This document shows positions 55,082 through 64,000 of a DNA stretch of 64,000 nucleotides, piece after piece. Every line of letters begins with the position of its first letter. Within the stretch, counting starts at the first letter, position 1. The DNA lies in NCBI GenBank assembly GCA_013239625.1, contig MU053652.1:930001-994000 (forward strand). The letters run 5' to 3'. The position numbers and the translations under genes were made by a program. The DNA comes from Lama guanicoe (Eukaryota). Under the pieces are notes generated by a model. That model had not been told where the DNA came from. It was given only the letters and a program-made list of their open reading frames with translations, and ran no database searches.

Positions 55082-55908
55082 CAGGCATACTTTGTTTTAC
55101 TGTGCTTCATTTATTGCACTTCATAGATAGTGCATTTTTCTTTTTAAACAAATTGAAGGTTTGTGGCAACCCTGCATCAACCAAGTCCATCAGCACCATT
55201 TTTCCAACAACTCATGTTCACTCTGTCACATTTTGGTAATTCACACACTATTTCTAAAGTTTTTCATTATTATTATCACTGTGTTTGTAACAGTGATCTA
55301 TGATCAGTGATCTATGATGTAACTACTCTAACTGTTTTGGCGTGCCCCAACCACACCCAGACAGGACGGAAAACTTGGTAAATGTGTGTGTGCTGACTGC
55401 TCCATTGACCCGCTGTTCCCTTCTCTCCTTGGGCTTCCCTCTTCTCTGAGACACAACAATACTGAAATTAGGCCGATTAATAACCCTACAACGGCTTCTA
55501 AGTGTTCAAGTGAAAGAAGAGTCAATCAGTACAGCAAACTTCATTGCTGTCTTTTTTTAAGAAATTGCCACAGCCGGGAGAAACTGCCCAATCTTCAGCA
55601 ACCACCACCCTCATCCGTCAGCAGCCACCAACAGTGAGACGAGACTCTCCATCAGTACAAAGATTAACACTCACTGAAGGCTCAGGTGATGGTTAGCATT
55701 CTTTAACGATAAAGTGTTTTTTTAACTACAGTATGTAACATTGTTTTTATTAGAGATAAGGCTGTTGCACACTCAACAGACTACAGTATAATATAAGCCT
55801 AATCTTTATATGCACTGGGAAACCCCTTCCTGTGACTTGCTTTATTGTGTCATTAGCTTTACTGTGGTGGTCTGAAACCAAACCCACAATATCTCCTAGG
55901 TATGCCTG
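55082..55908 (+). mobile_element. Internally deleted Tigger1 DNA transposon
   Basis: TIRs caggcatac..gtatgcctg with TA TSD at 55080-55081 and 55909-55910. Body matches Tigger1 (acaaattgaaggtttgtggcaaccctgc, aatactgaaattaggccgattaataaccctaca). Confidence 0.92.
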
Positions 55909-58169
55909 TATTTGTATTTTTTTCTGTATGTTTCCATACGTTTACTATGTGTATGTATGCACAGGTGCACATATGTTGTACATTTGTATAAAAACAATAC
56001 ATAGCTTATCTATGTATGCTATATAGAGTTTATATATCCATTTATATACACAAACTATATTATTTTTTTTAACATTTTTAATAAAATAAACTCTGGCCTT
56101 GCTTCATACTTAGAAACATTTGAAATATTCGTTCTATTTTGCCTCCCTTGTGTATATTCCTCAACTCTACTTTTGATCAATTATAGAAATCAACAAAGGT
56201 TTTTAATAAGAGCAAATGCAAGGGTACTTTAGGAACAGTTGATTTAAAATATCAAGGGAGGTTCTGATCTGAGGGCAGAAGTAGCTCAAAAGCTGTCAAT
56301 ATTTTGGAGAATCAGATCTTCACTATTCTAGACATGTGAGCTCCAAGAACAGACACTTCATCTCTTTTTATGTTAGGATTCACAGATTTCACTCCACGCA
56401 GAGAAAACTTTTAAAATATCAGACCCAAAATTCTTAAGGTAAATATCGACTCTCAGACTAAGATTTTATAAAATAAAACACACTTCAAGAAAACAGCAGG
56501 AAAAGAAAAAAAATCATTTAATTTGTGCTCTCTTTAAGTTTTATTGCTTAACCTATGCTGGTACCAAAAAGAAAAGGAGTAAGAAGTCCAGTTTCATTAT
56601 AGTTATATTCACAGCAATCCCAGCAGGAGCGTGAATAAAATGAATAAAGAAGCCACAAATGAAATGCCTGTGTACCCTGGGAGTAATTGCTCAGTCAAAA
56701 TGTTCCAAAGGCAATTTGCCAAATGAAAAGACATACTGGGAATCCAAAAGCTTAAACCAACATTTCACTACAATTATTGGCTTTTCTCCATACTTCTCCC
56801 ATCTTTTTACCTAAGTTATAGTTAAATTACTACATCTAAATTAGACATTAGTTTCCCTGCACATTACAAAATACTGTGACTGGAGACAATAGAAAAAAGG
56901 CTTGCAAAATACATCTTTTACATATTTAGAGTGAGAACAACATGAGGCCAGCCTCCAACAATTACCATCTTGGCTGAAACTGGACCAATCACTCAATTTC
57001 CCTGGATTCAGTTTCCACATTTGTAAAATGAGTTTGAAGAATAACACTTGATTAACTAGAGTGTATATGCAGTTCTGTATATATTTACTAGCATAGGTGT
57101 CCTCTTATGCAAACTGTCTGTTCCTATTTTTGCCTATTTTTCTACCTGCTGGTTTTATTGATTTATAGGGATTCTTTATATATTCTGGACACTTAACCTC
57201 CGTCAGATAAATGTCAGTCTTTCCATGTATATGGACTCTTCTGTGAATTGCTCATTACTTATTTGCTCAGTTTTTTATTATGCCTTTGCTTTTCTTCATT
57301 ATTATGTAGGAATCTTAAGTAGATGTTAATCATTTTTCTCTTAATGGGTTGCTTGCTTCTGCCAATCTGTGCCTTGATGTTGCATTTTGCAATTAAATGT
57401 TTTATTTATAATTAGATGATTCATACACATAATTCTATACAGCTTGTATAACTTAAATGTCCGATAATACACTTAAATATGACAGATATCAGTTGAATGA
57501 TGTAGCGTATCTTGCAAACTGTAACATGTAAACTTTGATAAAAAACCTCTCACAGAAAGGCCACTCATATCTCTACCTCTAAATAAGACATCTGAAAAAT
57601 GACTCATTCGCAAGCCATCAAAATTCTCATTTAATTAATAATAATCTGAAAGTTCTCAGAAATCACCTCCAACTTTAATTTATGGCACCCCGATGAGAGA
57701 TCTATTCTACCCAGGGATTCCCTATTGGAACTTCCTCTATAAAAATGTCAGTTCTAATGGATTACAGCCTCAATCCTACTATTTCACAAGATGAGAGAGA
57801 GGAGCTTTAAGAGCCTATGTTAAATTCCCTGCTGAAAATGACTTACTTTTCAGGCTGACTTGCAGAGCACTTCACAAATAGCCTCTTAGGACTTACTGTT
57901 CATTATTAAGAATAAGACAAAATTTTTGTCCTTTGTTACAGTATATTTTATCAGCCTCACACTTTTAAATGTGCTTAGTAACATTTTACACAGTTCCCTA
58001 TATAATTTACAACTTCCTCATTTATACAATCCCCATTAATGATGTGACCCAGATTAACACAGTCCTGAAGACTAGAACCGCAAAGACTTCACATATAATT
58101 TTAGGAAAGTCCAATTTTTATACATGGGCTCCTAAAAATAACAGAAGTCATAAACTAAGCGGTACAGAG

Positions 58170-58664
58170 TGTGACAAGCAGAATAATAGTCCCTGAAAGG
58201 GATCCGTGTCCTAATCCCCAGAATCTGTGAATATATACTACCTTTCATGGCAAAGGAGACTTTGCAGATGTGATTCAAGTTAAGGACCTTGAGACGGGAA
58301 GTACCCTGAATTATTCAGGTGGGTATCAACTTAGTCACATGGATCCTTAAGAGAGGAAGGAGAAAGCAGAAGAGTGGATCAGAGAGATGAGAGGTGAGAA
58401 AGATGTGACCCAAGAAAGATGTGACCCACCGTCCCTGGTTTTGAAAATAAAGGAAGGGGGCCACGAGCCAAGGAAGCAACAGCCTCTAGGCATAGGTAAA
58501 GGCAAGGAAATGCATTCTCCCACAGAACCTCTGCTAGGAACACAACTCTGCCCACAATCTTCGTAATAGCCCAATGAGATCCATATCAAACTTCTAACCT
58601 GAAAAACTGTAAGATGACACATTTATGTTGTAATTTGTTGTAGCAGCAATAGAAAACTAATATC
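58170..58664 (+). mobile_element. MLT1D-like solo LTR (ERVL-MaLR)
   Basis: tgtgacaagcagaataat..cctaatccccagaatctgtgaatat..ggcaaaggagactttgcagatgtgatt..gcagcaatagaaaactaata; 5-bp TSD cagag at 58165-58169 and 58665-58669. Confidence 0.9.
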
Positions 58665-58699
58665 CAGAGCACACCTAGTTTATCTGTGGGAAAACAAAC

Positions 58700-58930
58700 T
58701 GAGCACACTCTGAAACCCAGCTCTCGATCTGAAATCGTATCCCTATTTGTCAGCTGTGTCAACTTAAACCAATTAACCACCCTCAACCTTGGTCTTCTCA
58801 TCTGTAAGATGGGGCTATTAGTGCCTAGTTCACAAGACTGTTCAAGGACTAAACGAGTTAATTCCTGTAAAGCATTTATTTTTATTGTTTCACAGACAGA
58901 AAGCTTAATTAAACATATCTTAACTACTGC
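58700..58930 (+). mobile_element. MIR SINE
   Basis: agctgtgtcaactt..ttctcatctgtaagatgggg..aggactaaacgagttaattcctgtaaagc. Confidence 0.7.
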
Positions 58931-59988
58931 TACTACTGACTTTCATCAGTAATAATTTAACTACCTTCTCTTTCAGTCACCCACAGAAAAATCAAGAGAT
59001 CAACAGTCTTCCAGTCAAGGAAATGAGCTCTTCTAAAAGGAAAGCTCTGTACACATATCTACAAGCAGTCTCCATATAGGTCCCAAACACCACTGACGTA
59101 CCACATGGTTCTTTAAGAGTCATTCCCAATAATGAAGAACAGACTGCTGAAGTCAGAGTGTCAATGTGAACTCCACTGAGTGACAAAGGCTAACTACAGG
59201 GCCTAACAGAAAAAGTGGGTGGTGCCAAATTAGTTTCTATTGAAATTTGCAGTAATTGGCATTTTTTCCAGCTTATTTAGTATTTATACAGCACTTTTCA
59301 CTTGCAAACGCCTGCCCTATTAAAAAAATTAAAATTTTTATTTCACTTGGCCACTGACTCAGCAAAATCTACTAAATTCATACAACCAGGCTAAACAATG
59401 ATTCACATTATAAAAACAAAAAGACCTAACAATTGGTAATTTCCACAAAAGGCAGAGGTAAAATACAAACCAAAAGTATAAACGTATTTTCTATTTCATA
59501 ACACCTCAAAGCAGTGTCAAAACTCAAAACAACAGCAATACTACATCAGAAAGGAGGAGAAAACAAAAGCTTTTAACCCCAGGAAGATGCTACAAACCTC
59601 TGTAAAGGGTCATAAAAATAGGTGTTTGGGTTTAAAAAAATTAGTAACTAAGACTAATAGAAAAATCTATTGTAAAATAATTCCTATGCTTTTCCTAGAG
59701 TAAAAGTAATAAAGTTCAAGATTCCAAGTCTAAATAACCCTAAAATGTAATTAAATTGTGTTTTATAAGGTAATTAAATATGCCCCAGTAACAATACATT
59801 GTTAGGTTCTCAGAAGAAACTCTTTCAATTAGTTGACAAAATGTATTGACTGAATCCAAATTATTTTTCTACCTTTTCATCATTTCAAGCTCTATAGGGC
59901 TACAAAGCTAGTGAGAACTGTAAGAACTAATTTTTAATCTGAAAAGCCAACGATAATCAAGATTACTATTTCTTTAAAAGGCACTGAG

Positions 59989-60412
59989 GCCATTTGCAGC
60001 AACATGGATGGACCTTCAGATTATCATATTAAGTGAAGTAAGTCAGACAGAAAAACAAGTATCATACGGTATCAATTACATGTGGAATCCAATAAAATAA
60101 ACAAATCTTATTTACAAACTAGAAATAGACTCATGAACATAGAAAACAAACTGTGCTTACCAAAGGGGGAGGGGAGGGATAAACTAGGAGTTTGGGATTA
60201 ACAGATACACACTACTGTATATAAAATAGATAAACAAAAGGTCCTACTGTATAGCATAGGGAACTAAATTCAGTTTCTTGTAATAAACTATAATGGAAAA
60301 GAATCTGAAAAAATATATAAATGTACGTATATATACAACTGAATCACTTTGCTGTACACCTGAAACTAACGCTGTAAATCAACTACACTTTAGTAAAACT
60401 GAAAATTTAAAA
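59989..60412 (+). mobile_element. Cetartiodactyl-type L1 3' end (5'-truncated) with TSD
   Basis: gccatttgcagcaacatggatggacct..gggataaactaggagtttgggattaacagatacacactactgtatataaaatagataaac..gctgtacacctgaaactaac; 14-bp TSD taaaaggcactgag (59975-59988) / taaagggcattgag (60413-60426). Confidence 0.88.
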
Positions 60413-60745
60413 TAAAGGGCATTGAGAACTTTGGCTGTCACACAAAGGCAGCTGTGGGACAGCCCACAAAAAATAGCCAGTCACCTTCTCCCCAGGCCAA
60501 AGCTGCAAAAGCACAGCAGGTGTCTGCAGAGGCACAGAAGCTCTCTGAGCCCCACTGAGCAGAACCCTCTCTAACAGGGCAGGTCTGACACACTCAAGAA
60601 TTCCCCTAAATCTTTGCATCCATATGCACAGTACACCCCCAACTTTAAATATAGGCCAAAATGGTTCTCCTTTGTCTCATTCAACAAGGTATTAGGTAGC
60701 CCAAGAAGAAACATGATTCGTTTGTGGCTATGCTTCAAAGCACAT

Positions 60746-60775
60746 TGTGTGCGTGTGTGTGTGTGTGTGTGCGTG
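60746..60775. repeat. Interrupted (TG)n microsatellite
   Basis: tgtgtgcgtgtgtgtgtgtgtgtgtgcgtg. Confidence 0.9.
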
Positions 60776-61279
60776 CACAGGCACCACAGAAGTGAGGAGG
60801 CCACTGAAAGATACAAGGCATCAGGATATAGGACGGGGTCACACACTCAAAAGCTCTCACAGACCAGGCAAGGAATATAGTATGTGCGGTAACTGGGTAA
60901 AAACTAATAGAAGCAATAGAAGTTACAGCAAAAAAGAAAACAGAAAACAAAAGCAAAAAAAAATGCTCCATCAGAAAGCATTCAAATTCAACTTCAGAAA
61001 AACAAGTAGTGCTGGTCACATAAAACACAGCTGGATTCAGCAGACAGACCCGATTTAGCTGCCAGTTTTTCAAAAAAAAAAAAAAAAAAACTCATACTGC
61101 GACAGACCCAACCAATCATTTTCCGTATTATTCCCCGAAGGTGGTAATGGGCTCATCACAGGATCCAAGGCACTAACCTCAGGACCTCCCACTCCTGCCC
61201 TCACAGGCTTCCCCAGGTCTGTGCCAGGAAGTGCAGCATCCTAAAGAGAAGTTGAGTGCTTGAAGAATTAAATACTTAC

Positions 61280-61389
61280 CACTTGAGCTTCCAGGAGTAG
61301 AAAACTGAGAGGTATCAAGGAATTTTCGAGGAGTAGGAAGGTTGGTAACGTCAATCAGGGGAACAGGAGAAGCATCTTTCACAAGGGAG
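61280..61389 (-). CDS. EXOC4: EXOC4/SEC8 internal coding exon (human exon 5 equivalent), 110 bp
   Basis: Translates as (S)SLVKDASPVPLIDVTNLPTPRKFLDTSQFSTPGSSS(V), matching mammalian EXOC4. Acceptor tccccctccag|C, donor GTG|gtaagt. Ends in phase 1, matching the next exon. Confidence 0.96.
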
Positions 61390-64000
61390 CTGGAGGGGGA
61401 AAGGAACAGTAGTTATTTACCACTTTCTCTGAAATCAACTACAGTCCCACTTCATGCCCATCCCTTATCATTTTCTTTTTGTCATGAGCCCTCTTTATAC
61501 TTCATACTCCCAAGTGTATTTCAAGGAAACAGGAATGTCACAGACAGAGGAATAATTATGTATTTTAAGGAGTCCAAGTATTTTTAATTTGTCTTTTTAT
61601 TTCAACGTTGTGTTAAAAGAAAAAAAATCAGTTTAAGTATCTCTGATCATCTGGATGACCACCTTATAACAAGATCATGCCATCCAATTTCAGCACTTCC
61701 TTTGTTTCTCTAGAAAATTAATCAGCAAAGAAAGATTAGGTAATACTTGATCATGATAACTGAAAGTTTCAATAGTTAAGCTAAGTTTAACTTATGTTTC
61801 TCATGAAGTTTGTTGGGGGTTTTTTGTCATATTCTGGGAATTCACTTAGTTTCCTTTTAAAAAGGTTCATAAATTTCATCAAGTTGAGAATCACACCAAT
61901 AAAAGATGTTTTAAGGCATCTTAAATAGTTTAATTCAGTATTTGATTACCCATTTCACCTTTTCCAAAAAGACCTAGCAACTCTTAATAATTAACTCTAG
62001 AGTTTCCAAAAAAAAAAAAAACATGAATTTTAAATGACACAAAGACTATAAAAAAAAGACAAATTTTCACATTAATTCCCATTTATAGGCATCTGTTAAG
62101 CGCAAGAATGCAGGTAATGCCAAGGGCAAATAACACCTGTGCCCTGCCCTGAAGAAGCTGAATCATCCAATCACATCCCATCTACAACAGAACAGCTTCT
62201 GTAACTCACATTCCAAGGGCAGACAGGTCAGAGCCATAGTCCTCACCTCTATTCAGTCCCAATAAATATCACCAGTAACAGTGGCTACCCATGGAAGTGA
62301 GTCTCCAAGTGGGCTGTAAAGAAGGGCAGCAGGAACGAGACTACACCTTTAAGAAAGCTTCCTCCAAATGGGATACAAGTGTGTGCAAGTCTGAACGTAC
62401 GCCCTCACCCCCACAGGGATATATCCCCATCTTCCTCCCACCACTTCTTTTGAAATCAAAGTGCCAGATATGCATGTATTTTTAAGCTAATAAAAAAACA
62501 AACATGTTCTTTCAGAAAACTTTGAAAAGCAAACTTGACATTAAAGGGCAAAATTATCCTTTAAGGTATTATTTTTACTGAATGTTAATAACATTCTGAA
62601 GGCCGAGGACAGTGGTTCACATAACTATCACCAGTCATTAACTTCTCCCTTTTCACTTCTTACAGGGAAGGGGGGAATCATTCAAGTCTCATCTGTTACC
62701 TGCTTGGCACTTCACTCAGTGCTGAGGATCCGAGTATGACTAAGATATGAGTAAAACCAAAACTTCGTGCATTTCCAAGTGTTGGAATCACTCACAGATA
62801 AACATGAAATCTCAACTGAAGTATAAGATATAAAAGTAACAGAAATACCATTTACAAGGAATTGAACTGACATACTTAGTTCCAGTAACTCTTCCTCCAG
62901 TACAAAGCTGTAATGTCCTCTGTGCCTAAGCTATCTTGAGAGCCTCCAACCCACTGATTTGCTGTAACAGTCTGTCTAATGATAAAATCAATTCGATCAC
63001 AAATGTATCCATTCATCTCTTATCTCTTTACTACTGTTGTCTTCTCACTTTTTTCTCCTCGGTATATTCTCTTTCACCTGCATTTTCCTCACAACTGGAA
63101 AACTAGCTCTACACACTTCCCTAGTCCTTAGATACACGTGCCCAAAGAGACAGAGGAGAATCCTGATGTCTACGATGCTGTTACTGAGTAATTAAGAAGT
63201 TCATTTCAATTGTAAATGATAGCAAAACTGATTTGATAAATGTCATAAGTATTTCCATAATGAAAGTGTAGTAGTTACTTCTAAGGCATTGATAAATGAA
63301 GGTGTCGACCAGCTGGAAATTCAGGTATATAGCTGGAATACTCCCTGCCAAGGCTATAAATGAGGCAATACAGTTGGTACTTTTGCGTGTGCACAGTGAT
63401 ATGTATATGTGAGATAATACACACTTCTGTAAAACATATGTACATATTCTCTTTAGATTAAAACCTACAATTATTTTCTCAGTTTTAACCTAAAATATAT
63501 TTCAGTTAAATAAAGGGTGATAAATGGCTTGCCATTTTAACTTTGAAAAACATAACCTGCTGACTATATTATCAAAGCCAGAAGGGTCCTCAAACTCCAT
63601 CAATAAACTCTTAGAAAGTCAATTTACTGCAAAACTATTTTCATAGACTCATCTTCACTTTCTAAAATTTTCCCTGGGGCTTCAATTTTCTCCTTGGTGA
63701 ACACTAACCCGAAGGCAAGTAACCTTAGAAATGACTTTTGGTTTTTCTCTTGTTCTTTTATGGAAGAATTTAGTCTTAAAAGTTCCAGAGACAGGAGGCA
63801 CGCTCATTTAGTTACTACAGACACGAAGCCAACAGAAAGGTAGGTGCTATTACAGAATATCGCATGCCTCCGTTTCCATTTCAGAAGACAGAAAGCCTGT
63901 TCTTGTGATACATCAGAAATAAAGTTGAGAAGTACTAATTAATACCCTCAGAGGGTTTTGAATCTCTCAGAGGAAGTACGTTCAAAAACAAAAAATAAAA

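Noticed and set aside
1..64000. CRISPR arrays, operons, NUMTs, endogenous viral ORFs or processed pseudogenes
   Set aside because: None were recognisable by eye. All long-range structure is explained by EXOC4 exons and mammalian interspersed repeats. Highly decayed cases could be missed without a database search.

Overview
This is AT-rich mammalian genomic DNA, most likely camelid. That assignment rests on a tRNA-Ala-derived vic-1-type SINE and cetartiodactyl-type L1 3' ends. The whole window lies inside the EXOC4 (SEC8, exocyst complex component 4) gene on the minus strand. Three coding exons are present at 61280-61389 (110 bp), 41714-41957 (244 bp) and 23559-23733 (175 bp). All have canonical AG/GT sites and join in one frame; they correspond to exons 5-7 in the human numbering as I recall it. 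The remainder is intron, filled with old mammalian repeats (MIR, L2, L1M, MER5A, MER2, internally deleted Tigger1, MLT1 LTRs) and a few younger lineage-specific insertions. I found no convincing novel biological system. The most noteworthy items are a 167-bp tandem duplication of the exon 6 acceptor region that looks like an assembly artefact, strong alternative donors that would make stop-containing extensions of exons 6 and 7, a CpG-gaining patch suggestive of GC-biased gene conversion, and a few candidate intronic enhancers. Repeat names and boundaries come from recalled consensus sequences and are approximate unless target-site duplications or terminal repeats are given.
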